Below, one piece after another: positions 14,503-30,354 of a DNA stretch of 64,000 bases. A program made the translations under genes and the position numbers. The notes beneath the pieces are model-generated. The model was not told the DNA's origin. It searched no databases and worked only from the letters and a program-made list of their open reading frames with translations. Where the stretch lies: the NCBI GenBank assembly GCA_012295275.1, contig CM022673.1, positions 8,060,001 through 8,124,000 of the forward strand, given 5' to 3'. This stretch comes from Chrysomallon squamiferum (Eukaryota; Animalia; Mollusca). How positions within the stretch are numbered: the first letter of the stretch is position 1; each line of letters opens with the position of its first letter.

Positions 14503-14926
14503 TTCAAATTTCTTTTTTTTAAATATTATTTTATTAGCCTTTATTTATTTATTCATTTAAAATTTTGCAAAGTTAAATACATTTTTCAACTTGACATTGC
14601 CTATCTCGTATTGTTGTTTGTACATAAATCTGGATTATTTAATATTTAATATTGTTCAAAAAAAAAAAAAATAATAATAATAATAATAATAAATAAAATA
14701 AAAAAAAAAAAATAAAAAAAACAAAAAAAAAAAATGAAATACCCATAAAAACGTACTGAATATCTAACTAAATGTAGTCAAGATCTTTGCCATTTGTATT
14801 TTCTTGAACCATTAAGAAAATATTCTGTTGATTATAGGTTTTTAATGTGATCAAAAGGTACAATTTGAACAGGCTGAGATTTTTTCATTCAGTAATTTAC
14901 AATTCCCTGCATTTGTGTAATTTGAT

Positions 14927-15031
14927 GAAAGCACCTTTCAAGTTCATACTGCAGTCATGGTGTTAATGGATTCACTCCCCTGATTAACTTCTTCAACGTG
15001 AATCCCTGAAGGAAATCATAATTGATCGTAT

Positions 15032-15063
<32 letters not shown>

Positions 15064-15085
15064 CATTATTAGTTCATTGTTTCTT

Positions 15086-15124
<39 letters not shown>

Positions 15125-15240
15125 GTTTTCATAGTTCCAAAAACAACATGAAAGCAGCATTCCACTTCAAACTGCAGTCATATTGTTAATTTGTTCATTT
15201 CTTCAACACGAACTCCCTGAAGGAAATCATTATTGTTCAG
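14927..15240. repeat. Diverged ~220-bp-spaced duplication
   Basis: GAAAGCA...TTCA.ACTGCAGTCAT..TGTTAAT...TTCTTCAAC..GAA.TCCCTGAAGGAAATCAT.ATTG occurs twice, separated by poly-T tracts. Confidence 0.7.
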
Positions 15241-15937
15241 GGTTTTTTCTTTGTTTATTATTATTATTTTGTTTGTTTGTTTGTTTGTTTGTTTGTTTTT
15301 TTAAAACTTTCTTATTTTTAAAAACAGCATGTTCACATTTGATCAAATCATCAAGTACAATGAAATTCACTAAATAGATGTAAATATATCTTAGCAAAGT
15401 GTGTTATGAGGAAATGAATAACACTCGTGCAAAAATGGATACATCCATTCATTATTTGTTTTCAGTATGTGAACATTTATTTATTTATTTATTTTGAAGT
15501 TGTAATAAACACTGGTTCAAAAGAAAATAACATTTGTTTACTGGGTAGCGTACATTTTATTGCTTGATTAATAAACTGTATATTTATATAACAAATACAG
15601 TATGCAAGTATACATATATATATATTTATATACACATATATTTATATATCTATCATAATGGAAGGTAAAACAAATATCAACAGTATTAATATTTCTTTCA
15701 TTCAAGCATAATTACAGTTTGTTCTAAAAGGCAAAATGTAGGTAGAAGAAGTAATAAAATATTAAAATAAATAAATAAATAAACATAAATATATAAGTAA
15801 ATAAATAAATAAATAAATAAATAATACTAATGATAATAATAAAATAACAATAATAACAAAAGCAATAAAAATAATAGCAATAAAAAGATTTAAAAATCTG
15901 AAACAAAGTAAAAATTAAAAAGAAAGTAATAATGAAA

Positions 15938-15970
<33 letters not shown>

Positions 15971-18900
15971 ATTGAAAAACATTGCAAGACCCACATATGA
16001 AAATATAGAAATTTAATCAAAAATAAATAAAAGAATAAAAAATAGAAAGCAAGAGAAATATTTGTAATCGTTGATTTTTAAAAACCCTGTGAGACAAGAT
16101 ATTATGAAATGAAGATTATTTTCTACTGACAACATAAACTAGCTGTTTTGGGAGATACACAAACCAAAACAAACAGCTCTGAATTTTAACAGAATTTCTG
16201 ACTGAGTGTATCTGCATTTCAAATCAAGACAGATTTCATCCAAGGAATGATCAGAAAAGAAAACTGCAAAGAAAATGTATTCTAGAACAAAGAACCATAC
16301 AAGCTGTTGCCATGGAAAACTTTGAAAAATAGGCTAAATAGAAAACAAAATCTCAATGTGCGCCATAGGAAGCATTAACAAATAGGAATGTTTTAAAAGA
16401 ATACCAAACAGAAAAAAGTTATTTCTTATTTTTTTCAATTACAATTTTGAAATTATTATATTTATATTAAAAAAGAATCCTTTTTTTTATTTTTTTATTT
16501 TGGAGTTGCATGTAAAATGCAACAAAATAAAAGCAAAACTGAGACAAGTAAAAACGTTTTTTTTTTTTATCTTTCTGCTGGGATATATTATCAGATGTAT
16601 TTCACAGCATTCATGCAAAATTTGAAATCTAAGACAGATTTTGTATATTCTTAAAAGCTATAAATGCCGAAATGGTTATGAATATTTGGGAAGTATATCT
16701 CAGAAAATTATCTCTACATTTTTAATCATACATTTAAAGATTAGAGTAATCTTAACTTTTATGGAAATAAATATTCTGAGAAAATTTAATTTTAAAACTA
16801 CTGAAATGAAAAAGACCCAGTAAAGGTTAAATACATTGTTATCCATTCCAGAAGTAAAATATTCCACAAAAATTAAACAGACTTATAATATTAGTAAATG
16901 ATAAAATATTGCAAACTTTTAAACCACATTATTAATAATTCTTTAAGCATAAGGTGTATGGGCTTTTCAAAACTTTACTGTTATTGATTATGAAAGCTGT
17001 TACAAATATTCAGCAGATAATAATGTTAAGCATTATCATTCACTTCTTCAACACAACCATAAATTAGAAGAGAAAAATAATTTTTACAACCATGTCAAGT
17101 TTGTGCACTTCAAAAACATCATAATAATAAAAATTTGATTTGAAAAAAAAAAAAAAATGCAGAAATTAGAAAATGACTATAAAATGATTACATCTTTGAT
17201 TATAAATGATCAGACTGATAAACAGACACAAAACTAAAACAAAAGACATTGTGTTAAATTTTGCACCAATTCATAAACGTGAAAAGTTTCTTTTCTTAAC
17301 AGTATTACACAGAACCATGAAACAACATAAAACGTAACAGTAAATGTATGATTGATGATGGCAATACATCACTTTATAAATGTACAGAACACTGATAACT
17401 CATCAGATGAAGTTTTTATTTTCTTGACATCATCATCTAACAAACAATCTTGATACATTTTTCACTGGTTTTCTCAAAACCTGTATAATCACTTAAATCA
17501 GATTTAAGATTTTGTTCATAACGTTACAGCTTTTGATGCATGTTCTATCAGGAAAAAAAAAATTAACAAACAAATCTAATGGATTATATAAACACAGATG
17601 GTACTGTGAAAATAGATCACAAACAAAATAAAATAAACACAGAATGCCCTATCTATTTAAAAATATCCAGTTAATTAGGTTTTTGATTATCTTATTACTA
17701 TTAATAATAATAAAATAATAATAATGGAATGAAAAAAAAATAAAATAAAATAAAATGTCCAACGAAAATGATAAGAGAAAAAAACCAAAAAAATAAAATT
17801 GAACCAATCAAAAATATAAAAAATAAATAAAAATAAATTAAAAAAGGGAAACAAGAACATTAATGCACAAACCTGTAAACAAAAGCTAATCATTTTATTT
17901 CAAACACTTTACTTCATCTGATTAACTTGTACCCGTTACATATTAGTTAATATAGTTATTATATACTCTACCGTATTACATTACTACTATAATTCTTATT
18001 ACCTACCTATCCCATTATATGTTATATGAAACTATATACATGTGAACAGAATCTCAGCTGATAATCATTTTACTAAAACAATGTTCAGAACATTACTGAT
18101 CTAGTAATGTCATCGTTTTCTCTTTTACTGATTATGAACTGTACCCACTGTATTTCCTGTCTGCATTTTGTTCAAAGAATTTTTTTTTTTTTAAATCAGA
18201 ATATATACATATTAGGATATAATAATAATGTCTTGCAATGCAAAACAGATTTACATAATATTTTAATAATATTAAAGTGCAGATAGAAGTTATTTTATTA
18301 TTTCAAAATTTGATAATTGTTATTAACTCAATTAATGTTGGCAGTTTGAACAGTATTACAAAACTATATTTAGAAGCAGTTGCGACTGAAATGAAAATAT
18401 TAAAAACAACATTTTAGAAAGAAGAAAATCACTTTTTAGAGACAAACTATTCCTTGTACTGGCCAAATATACATATGAAATAATCAAACAATGAAAATAA
18501 AGAATTTGAAATGGATTCACATGGTATTTATACATTATCATACAACTGTTTGATTTATGGGCGTCACACTACTGACATTTCACACACAGACAGAGAGACA
18601 GACTAAAAAAAAGTTAATTTGTTTCAGTAATAAGATTACTGGCTTATGTCAACATGAATGAGTAACACTGATTTCTTAGCTTTAAATTTCAGAAAAAAAA
18701 CAAAATGCAGACTGCTTTAGAACACTGGCCATGTTGATGTAAAAGATTACTAAGGATGTATTTACGGGGATCTTAATTTCTTATGATCTGGTTGTAGACA
18801 TTTTCAAACAATTTATAAAAAAAAAAAAAAAACATCATTAGTAGCACAATGGATGTTTACTTAAGATAACGTTTCTTTTTAAAATCTCAAATATACACAT

Positions 18901-20972
18901 ACATTTTACATTACTGGCTAATGTATGACTGGTGACTTTGTGAATCTTGTCTACACTGTAAGTGAAAAGTGAATATACATTCAAACTAGTGTCTTGAGGA
19001 ATATCTGAGTCATACTGGTAAGAGTTACAAATATGGTCTCTATGCTTAAACTAGAACCAGTAACAATCAATCAATCCTTTTATACAATTCATTCAAAATA
19101 TATTTAAAATAATCTATTTTTCTTTCATCACACAGAATGAATAGTTTAAACACAGATACTATATGCCAACAAATTTAAAAAAAAACAAAAAAACATTTAT
19201 TATTTGTTAGCATTTTCATCTAACTTGGTAAGCTGAAATCTTTTAAATTGTAATTGTAATAATGTTTAAGATAAAAATATAAATAATGAGCTTTTACTGG
19301 AATTATTAACCTTTAGACATTATGATAAAACTACTTATATTATTTTAATAATAGACCTTGATATTACAGGTTACATGTTATGATTAGTTTACAATAAATA
19401 AAAATAAATAATCATTATCATATGATACATGTATGGCCATAGCTTTCAGTCAGTGAGAGAGGTAGCATAAGCAGCAAATCCTTAAATACTTTTTTAAAGA
19501 AAAAAGATAGATTGAAAAAAAATAATAAAAAAAAAAAACGTTTTGAATATCTTCTGTAAGTTGATAGGGTGAAACGCAATATAATTTATAAATGTTTTAA
19601 AGTTCTGTAAGCTATTATGAGGCATGAAAGCAGTTTTCTTGTCCTGCATATTTTTCATTTCTAACAAGTTTAAAAAATAATTATTGTGACAAAGAATATT
19701 TAAAAAAAAACAATAATAAAAAAACTCTGCAAACAGAAGAAATAAAATTTAATTAATAAAATTAATAAATTAAAGAAAGTGAAAAATAAATATAACTATG
19801 GCAAAAAAAAAAAAAAAAAAAGAAATAACAAAAATAGTAAAAATAAAGAAAAGAAAACTGCTGACATAATACTATTTTGTACTGAAAATATTTTTAAAGT
19901 AAAATTATAGATGATTTTCACAAATATTCTGTACATAATAAATGCCTTTAAAACATGTCCAATATTTTAAAGAAGGTTCAAATAACTGTAATTCAAATAA
20001 AAATAAAAGGAAAAAATGTTTGAGAGTAGTATGTACAATAATATGACTGAAAGCTTATTAAAGGGACTTAGTAAAAAATTAAAAAAGAGTTAAAAAAAAA
20101 AAAGGAAAAATAAAACAAATATTGTTGATAATAAATATATAAACAGCACCTCTCCTAAAAAAAAAAAAAAAAAACCACAAAACACAACAAAAGTGAAAAA
20201 AGGAGAAAAGTAAAAATGAAAATAAAATTAAATAGTTTTTTTAAGTAGTTTTTTAATTGTTATTATTTAGGGCTGTTTTTTTAAGATTCTATCAAAAATG
20301 TTACTTATTACAAACATAAACTTCACCTTTTTCATTTTTTTTTTTCAAACTATCTCAAACAGGATTTTTGGATTGTCAAAATTCATCATTATAAAAAAAA
20401 TATCATCAAATTAATATTTCATTTGAATTGGTGAAGCATAAAATTCATAGCACCAAACCTGTTAGAAACTACTGGTTAAACGAAACTGCAATTTTTAGTT
20501 TCATACATTCGAGACTGAAGACAAATCCTTTAATTTAGAGACTATCGGTCTGTCATGTATTAGATAACAACACTAAATAAATAAATAAATAAAACCCTTC
20601 CCCCTGGAAAAACAAATCTGTGAGCTAGCAAATAACCAAGATAACATTCCGAAAACGATGAAACTAAAACCTCTTTCAATGAACATGAAACCCTGTATAT
20701 ACAGATGGTAGAATAATATGTACATGAAATTTTTTTTAATTTTTTTGTTTTATACATATATATATATATTTTTTTTTTATGTAGACAACAATGCACACTA
20801 AACAGTTGTGTGCCTCACAGATATATTAACAAACACCAGTATGTGGTGTGTGATATACTGACAAAAATAACTAGTCCTATGTTTGGAAGATGTGACATCA
20901 ACACCAAATGATGACCTAACGGTTACTGGTATGTGTGTGTGTGTGTGTGTGATTAGCAAGCCGTGGACTCCT

Positions 20973-23862
20973 CTACAATCGTTCAACATAGTTAGCAGGA
21001 TACAGCCCTTCGATACCGTTCTTTCTGCCTTTACTCCAACCCATTTCATCCTCCCCTCTGATTTCAACGAATACATCACCTGAAAAACAAACTCTCTTTA
21101 TTAATTAACCATGTATAAGAATTAATAGAAATAAAAAAAAAAAAAAAAAAAAAAAAAATAAAAAATAAATATTAAAAAAAGAAGATACAAACTGGACCAA
21201 TGTTTGTCTGTTGTATTTGCCTAAATGTTAACAATTTGGAAGTTATTTAGAAAGCAGTGCTCTATCATTCATTTAAGCAGCTGTCAACAAAAGAAAAGGC
21301 TTTCCAATGTTAAATTTTATATCTCTGAAAAATCCATAAAATACCTGAGGTACTAACAGTCACACTAAACTGTAATTTTTCAATATGGGGAGGGATAAAA
21401 CAGCTATTTTTAGGAACAATAATTTAAACATTATGATACTCATAGTAAGGCTCCTGAAAATACTTTACAGTAACTTGTAAAAACTATTATAATTAAAAAT
21501 GTCCTTGTTTTGACCCTTCACACTTTACACGCAGTTGCTAACCTGCTTTAAAATTAAGTTCATCATCTTCAGATTTTTCATAGTCATAGAGAGCTCTCAC
21601 AGCCACGCCCTGCTCATTGGAGGGTGGTTCTTCTGTGTCGGAATGGTCATCAATATCAGCATCTCCAAATGGGTTGGAATTGTTTTCATCAGAGCATGAT
21701 CGGTTGTGGCTGGAAAAAGATTTATTAACAATCATAAGTAACGAATTACAACAAAATCTTTAAAATACACGTGTTAAAATAAAAAACAAACATTTGTTAA
21801 AAAAAACAAAAAAAACAGTTCCTGAAAACACAACTTGAATAATAAATTAATAAAAGAAATTAAAACTAACAAAAAAGCCCCCCCTCCAACAACCGAACAA
21901 TAATATTTGAAAAACTGATTTGGGATAATATTACAGAATCTAAATAATTTTATGTTTTACCGTTTGCTAAATAGACATTATGAATTTGATTGTGATCATT
22001 ATGTTGGATGTGATGTTTCTAATTCAGGTTTAAGCTTGATTAATTGTTTATGAATCTTAGTTTTGCTAGCACTAGAAGAATGAAGAGACATTGTTAATTA
22101 TTTTTCAAGCAAATCTAGAATCAAGTTATGTTTTATTATTAGAATTAAAGAAAATAAATTGCTGCTACATTTTTAAATAATAACAATGTTATTATAGGTA
22201 ACATTTATAAGTTATTTTTTAATGTTTTAATTATAATTATTACTGTTAAATTTAACAATATTTCTTTTTATTAATACAAATTTTTATTTCTGAAACATTC
22301 ATTATTATTTGTATCTACTTAGTGTAATGTGTTATTGAACAACTCAAAATTAATGTTAGAACTCATTTTCAGCATGCAAACAACAGCAAACAATCTTTAA
22401 TTTACACAATTTTACATCAAACATCAACATAACACTATCAGCCACACTATTAATAATTAACTCAAGTGTAGAACATTAAACATCTACCTCAGTCAAACAC
22501 ATGCAATTTTAGTTTTCAAAAACTGACAACCACTCAGTTTTACATACAAGAATGTTAAGGTCTAGAAGGAATTTTTGTAACTGTTATAAAACTAACCCCT
22601 GCCCCTACTGTAATCCAATACTCCCCATGAAAAATGACTGTGGTATGCAGAGGCGAATCCAGGGTCGAAGAAATGGTAGGAAATTTATTTTTGGTGGGTA
22701 CAACTTTCAGTATGAAATGAATTTAGTCACAGAAGTAAAAAAAAAAAAGAAATGGAACAAAAGGAGTGTTCCCACCCCCTGCTGGATGTAATGTAACAAA
22801 ACAGATGTTGACATTTCTTGCTGTGAATCAATAAGAAATAAAAATATTGAGTGGCAACAGATTTTTCACACTGAGACGACAAATCAAGAATTACAACAGT
22901 TCACATAAAGCTTAACTGTCAGCATTTGTATATTATACAGAAATATCTCTGAACAATGCTGAAGTCTATAAATGAAAGCCTTTTGGATAAAACTTTATAT
23001 TTTTAAAAAAGAAATTTAAATTATATGATCAACTGATTTGTAATTCCAGTTAGATTTTACACATTTACCATCAAAAATTCAAGATAGTAAAAACACTAAC
23101 GTCAAATGTTTTAAAGTTAAAGTGGAACACCAGGCTAGAAAAAAGGAATATTGCAAAAGAAATAAAAATATAAATTACTTATATAAAATGAAGAAATGAT
23201 GGACATTTTATACAAATTTTTGGAAACAATTTATATTTTTGTTTCATAATTAGAATTCAATAAATACTTACAGATTTATTTTTTTTGATCTGTAAATATT
23301 ACTCCTGAAATTTAAACAAAATGCCAAAATTTCCAAAAATCTAATTATTTTTTTATTAATAACAGATGACAGATATAGCTAAACTATTATATTAACCAAT
23401 AATGTACTTTTATATGGAATTTTTCCTTGTAGATTAAGAAACATGAAATACAGTGTTAGTAACTTATTAATTAATACTTAGAGAAAATGAAAAAGAGAGA
23501 GACTGAATTATTGAGAAATTAAATTTCTACTAGAAGAAACATGTTACAGGATGATGTCAAACAAACAACAGATTTGGAACAGTTGATTACATGCTTTTAA
23601 GGAAGAATCACCTTCCTCTAGCTTATATACAACGTAAGTTTGACATGCAGAAAACCAGAAATGAGAAACAACAAAACAGGAGTGTACAGCCTCTGTCAAA
23701 ATGAACACCGATTTCAAAAATATACAAAAAAAAAAAAAAAAAAAAAAAAACAAGAAAAAAAAATAATTAATAATTATTAATAAAAATAAACAAATAAATC
23801 ATTTACATTTATAATAAAAAAACAAACTAAAATAAACCCTAAGAAAAAAAGACAATACTAAA

Positions 23863-23893
<31 letters not shown>

Positions 23894-24431
23894 AACCTCG
23901 ACTATTTTTAAAATACCAGTCTTTATCCTACATTATCGTAACTGTTTGACCCAAGTAACCCAACTAACAGAACAAAACCTTCTGACTAATGTAGTAATAA
24001 GAGTTCATTCAACGAGGAAGTATGACTGAACAGAAATTCATAATAGTATACTTGATCAGTAACCGTAACCAGCGCAGAATATAAATCAGTGACTGTAACA
24101 GTGAAAAACTGAATAAAAAAAAAAAAAACACACTACACAACCCTCTCACGGATTCCTGTATGACACAGTCTAAGTTAATAAAACAACTGTTTTATTTAAA
24201 ACATCAACTCTGACATTCTTTCATTAAAATTAGGTGTAATAGTTTTATGTAAAACAATTTATTCATACAAAATACATTAGCAGTTTTTTAATTAAATATC
24301 ATTATCCATAGCTATTAATTACAATGTGATCTCTGTTCATAACAATTTTATCTCCCATACATCATTCTATGCAACAATCGATATGTTAAAAGTAACACAG
24401 AAATGTAATACAGATAAATCTTTTAGTTGTG

Positions 24432-24463
<32 letters not shown>

Positions 24464-25360
24464 GTATGAAGCCTAACATAAAAGTTACAATGACATTCCT
24501 TACTGCTAAAAATAATTTAAAAATGAAGAAGAAAAATATTTCATTTACAGATCTCAATCATGATCTATATGTACAAAAGGAAAATAATAGGAAATACAAA
24601 AAATAATAAATTAAATGGAAAAAAAATCAATAGTAATATTAAACCTAGGCAATAATGATCCTGTTAAATTATTCTGCAACAGCTTTTCAACAGTTGTAAT
24701 AACTGTAAGAAACATTAGACTGGGTATGGTAGTGGGTAACTGTTAAAACTGTGATACGGGGAAGAAACAGAGTCTATAGAATAATTATCAAGAACTTAAA
24801 AATAACTTTAAGCTTCTGGATAAATTTGTTTGCATATTATATATATATGTATGTATGTAAAAGTTAATATAACTTGTGCCTGGAAAATATGATACCAGTG
24901 CTGAATGATATATTTAAACAGCTGAGGGTGCAACTGCAATTGGCAAAATGTCAGACGCACTCACCCACACACTTATGTAAAGTTATCATCAAAAACGTTT
25001 ATGTCAACCTGACACTCCATCACAAACTCAACATAATTATAATAACTGAAGTCAGATATGTTAAAAGATTATGTTGTCAGCCAAGTTATCAAAACCAAAC
25101 ATTTATCAGTAACATTTTTAACACCAAATATTTATCTCCATCTATCCACAATCACTGAATATTTTCACATTACATGTATTAGATCATATACACAATTACA
25201 AAAACTAGCCAATGTAAGCCATTTCCATTCTAGTACAAGTTTAATAATATCCAATCAGAATGAATATACTGACATTATCAGACAGATATGTTACACCATA
25301 ACTGCAAATGATAAATAATAATAATAATGATAATAATAATAACAACAGTAAAGATAATAA

Positions 25361-25395
<35 letters not shown>

Positions 25396-25678
25396 GGCTG
25401 TGTACATATATATAGGTATACTGTATATAACTTGATAATACAGTGTTAGTACATATTTCTAAATGATTGGATTTGAAAATCAGATCTTCTGACCAATTTA
25501 AGTCACAAATGTTCCCTTTATTTACATTTTATCAATATCCTATTATGTCAGGGTTACAGGAAAATTATTTGTTTAGGCTTTCTGAAAATATTCAATAAAC
25601 TAAGAGAGCAAAAGGCTTTCATTTGTAAGTATCTACAACACATCTACTGCTGTTAAGCTGGAATTTTTGGGGTGTTAC

Positions 25679-25720
<42 letters not shown>

Positions 25721-28700
25721 CACTAAATAAAATAAGAGAACTTTGCATCTCTGTAAAGCTGTGCAAGAGCAGACAGAAGGCAACAACAGTTGAGCTTGAA
25801 CTCAATTTAAATGAAGAGAAGTACAAAGTCAGAAGAACTGAAAATGTTAGTATCAGAAGCCGCACTCTCTGGAGATCCTCAAAATGCACAAAATGCTGCA
25901 AGGAAACGTAAGGGTAAAAAAAAAAAAAAAAAAATATGATAACAAAAACTGCTCTTCGCTTGCAGATATACTTTTCTTTAGAAAAACGGATGCAAAAATT
26001 TCTTGTCACTTTAGGAGTTTTTTCTTCTGTAATTTCATCGTTGTCCTTGTGACTGTCATCAACATCAACAACAACATCATCATCATCATCATCATCGTCG
26101 TCATCCCCAAATGGATTCAACGATTGATCATAGCTGTCCTGTCTGAACAAACATCTGTAGATAAGTAGCTGTTCACACTAAACATTACTGTGATCAGTCA
26201 TACTCACTGATAGGTATTTCAACCAATAAAACAATCTAAAACACTCATCACAATTTATGGTAGAACTGATTAAAAATATGTAATGTCAAAAGATGAAACA
26301 TACCTGAACAAAACAAAAAAAAAAAACACATATTTGGATGGAATGTGATGACTATTTATTGTTCATTAAAATGTAATTAAATATTTTTTGCATGCATCCA
26401 TTAAGACATGTTTCTCTAGTGACTCTTGTTAATGCTGGAATGTTATATATTTTCATAGGATTAACCATCACCGAATAACATTTTTATGAAATAATAAATA
26501 TTTTGTAAAACTTAAGACGAACTGTGTTAACCTGCAAAGACCTATAATAATGAGATTCTCCTGTACAACAATCTGTAAATGAAGATTTAAATTATGATAC
26601 TGAAGAATTACTATAGTTAACATGAAAAAAAAATTAAAAAATAAAATAAAATAAAAATATATACAGTAAACCTCACCTAAGTCATCACTTTTGGGACCAA
26701 GATTTTTCTGACTTACAGATATCACAAGTAATGCTCAGTCGACATAATGATGACGTAAGCATAACTCATCATAATGACTAACTCTCTTTCTCCTAGTTGC
26801 CATTTTTCTATCATGAGCGCCACTTTCCAAAATAATATGTTAATTCAATGCACAACACACAAGGCAAGTCATGTGCACATCAATATCCCAAGTACCTGTC
26901 TACATCCATGCCAACAGATTGAGATAGTGAGTAAACTTCAAGATTGTTTCGAGGGATTTCCCACTGACAACTTAGACAGGTATGTTTTACCGGAAATATC
27001 ATTAGAGATAATCAGGACGCTCGCTAAGGTGATGACTTACACACTTTGACGACTTAGGCAAAGTTTACTATATATATTTATATATTTCTCATTGTCATCC
27101 AAGATATATGAATAACAAAGAAAAATTCTGCTTCAAGGAGGTTCTCTGCAAATATTTCAATGAATGTTGATTATGCTAATTATGGCATGAAGACTCTTTT
27201 TTTTTCATGTAACACCTGTAATATTTAACATGCAGCTAAATCCTTGGTGACTACAACTCACCTAACAGGCTGAGATATCTGCGTGGTGGTTGTCGTATTG
27301 GGATACGACTGTCTCTCGGGTGGCTTGCTCTCCCAGCTCTCCTCTCTGTTGTGTTTTATACCGGTTATGGTGATGCCATCATTGGAACCTATATGTGATT
27401 TTCCTCGCCGAGAAATGGACTGAAGCTCTGGTGAATATTCCTGAAATTTTTGAAACGTAAATCGGTGCTTTATCTCAGTGAAAACAGACTTTCATTTATT
27501 AATATGCAAATGCACACTTGGTGATACAGGAATATTTACATTCAGAGAAGGCTGTAAGTATCAGCGCTTTAAGAAAAGGTATCAGATGAAATATGAAGAA
27601 GAAAACAGTAACCAACCAACTCATACCATACAAACACACATGCATCTGTATACACATACAAACACATACACAATTATTTACTTTCAAATCTAAACACCCA
27701 TTATAACATTAATAAAGCTAAATGATGACATTCCTAATCTTATTTTCATGAGGAAGACCATCAGTATTGTTAAATAATGTAGCAGATAAACAATAATAAA
27801 ACAAATAAATAATCATACCTCAAAGGTTGGCCAGTTCATTGGCATGTCAACACCATGACATTTTGACCAGAACTTGAGGTCTTTCTCAGCATCTGTTTGA
27901 CCAATTGTTGAATGAAAATCTGTATAGACTTTTGAAAATCTACAGATATAAATAAATGAAATTACTAAATGTAACTAGCCAAAAATCATATATATTTTAT
28001 GTTTACAAGACTCTGTATATTAGTTAAATTGTAAGTTAAACCCACCCCTAAGATTGTTACTATATTATACATCTAGATGACTGCATCACAGCACTTGTAA
28101 TATAACAAGAAAAATAATGAATAAAATCATACAAGGAAAAAAATATTCATACTCAGCAAAATATAATATAATATGAAAACCTTTTTATTGATAGAATTTC
28201 TACTGAACAGCTGTCAAAATGGGGACTTGGCATTTTTGGGTTATGGGTGTATTGTCAATCTTTTCTCGTGTTGTATGTTATAATCCACCAAAAAATAGAT
28301 ATCCATAAAAAGGAAGTATTGTTTCTCTTTAATGAATAAATAAAACTTTTATTTCAACTTTAATAAATATCTGGTAATTCTAAAATTATTGATTATTGAG
28401 AATTTTGTGGGCTTTCAAACTTTACAATGTTTGAAAGTGGGCTACACATGAAAAATGGTTATATCTTATAGTGTGTTGAAGCTGTAACTATACCACATTA
28501 AAAATATTTTTAAAAAAGTTACAACTTACTTAGGTTGAACACTGAGGTCTAAACATGAATGTATCTGATAGAGAGTTTTTTTCACAAAGTTTATTCTCTC
28601 CTTTTCATATTCTTGAGCTTTATCATAAATCTGGGGAAAAAATGACATATCAAAACTATGTATTTGGCATTATAAATGTAAAAAGTATTATCAATGATAC

Positions 28701-28981
28701 TGTAATAAACTTACAAATCATTTGAGCATGTTTCAGTATTATGGCTACAAAATGCAAGAGAGATAAACAGTTTATTTATTCAGGGCTGGTTAGAAGACTT
28801 TGGACTTCTTACCAGACAAAGATCAACATAATAATGCAATATACATTAGGTAAAAAAAGAAAAAAAAAAACCCCACACAACCAGAACAAAGAAAAACAAC
28901 TTTAGAGACAAACAGATCAATACATAAACACAAAATTGCATTATTATTATTATTATAAAATGATTTAAAAATAAACTTTAT

Positions 28982-29029
<48 letters not shown>

Positions 29030-29709
29030 TATATCTCAAATAGATAAAAAAGCTACTGTCTCACCTCTGTCATATCTTCTATATATTTAGCATTGCAGCT
29101 GTTGAGGTCATTGAGGGCAGCTGTGTATTTTTCTTTTGTTGATTCCACCTCTGTTTGGAGTTTGCGTAACTTTTCCTGCAGCTTTAACAACTGAAACATT
29201 TCAAAAATATATAGTTCTTATAAATTTGTAAAACAATAAAAAAAAATATGACTGCAAACAACATGCACATTAAGAGCACACACAAATATCCAAACACTCG
29301 CACACATTTATTTCTGTGTTTTTGTTGCTATTCAAAATTAATGCAGAAAGCATTAATATCCATCCAGATAATATTAACAAAAGTGGATAACTACAATAAC
29401 AAATAGCATACAATTCATTAAGACAATAAATTCTAAAAACCTTTATAAAGAAGAAGAAGAAGAAGAAAAAAAAACAAGCCAATAAACAACAACAACAATA
29501 ATAATAACAATAAAAATTCCTTTCACACTGATAAAACAGTAATAATTTTTTGATTGGTATAGTGACCTGGTCAGGAGAAAGAGTTGAGTCCCCTCGGGCA
29601 TTGTTTTCCTGGTTGGCTGTGCTTTTTTCCTGTTTGCACATACTGTGATAGTCAGCCTTTGCTTTCATTACTTTCTGCAACTTCTTTCCCCACTGTTTCT
29701 GAGCCTTTA

Positions 29710-29764
<55 letters not shown>

Positions 29765-30048
29765 TAAAAAATAAATAAAAAAATAAATAAATAAATAAAA
29801 TAAAAATATTAAAAAAATTATACACTCATTATCTTTAAGAAGAAACAGATCTTAAAGGGAAGATACCATTTTAGTGTTACAGTTGAAATAAAAGTGAATA
29901 CGTATTATTGCTCATGGTCAGTATTAGTAAATCACTAATGTGTATGTAGTGCGATTTGCTGCTTAATTATTTAATGAAACTTTTAATGAAACACTTTAAA
30001 TAAAGGTAATTTCTTTTAAAAATTATTGTAGGATGGTAACTAGAAAGA

Positions 30049-30090
<42 letters not shown>

Positions 30091-30323
30091 TAAATTGATT
30101 CTACTAAGACATTAAAAAATAATAATAAAAAAAAAAGCCACTCCTTAACCATTAATTTAAACATTAGGCTATAATTTTATGTAAAATAACTTTTTAATAC
30201 AAAATATGCCAGCAGTTTTTAATGTAAATATTATCAAAAGCTATTAATTACAATGACATCTGTGTACATAACAATTTTTTTTCAGAATTTAATGATTCTA
30301 CTAACATATTAAGAACAATAAAA

Positions 30324-30354
<31 letters not shown>

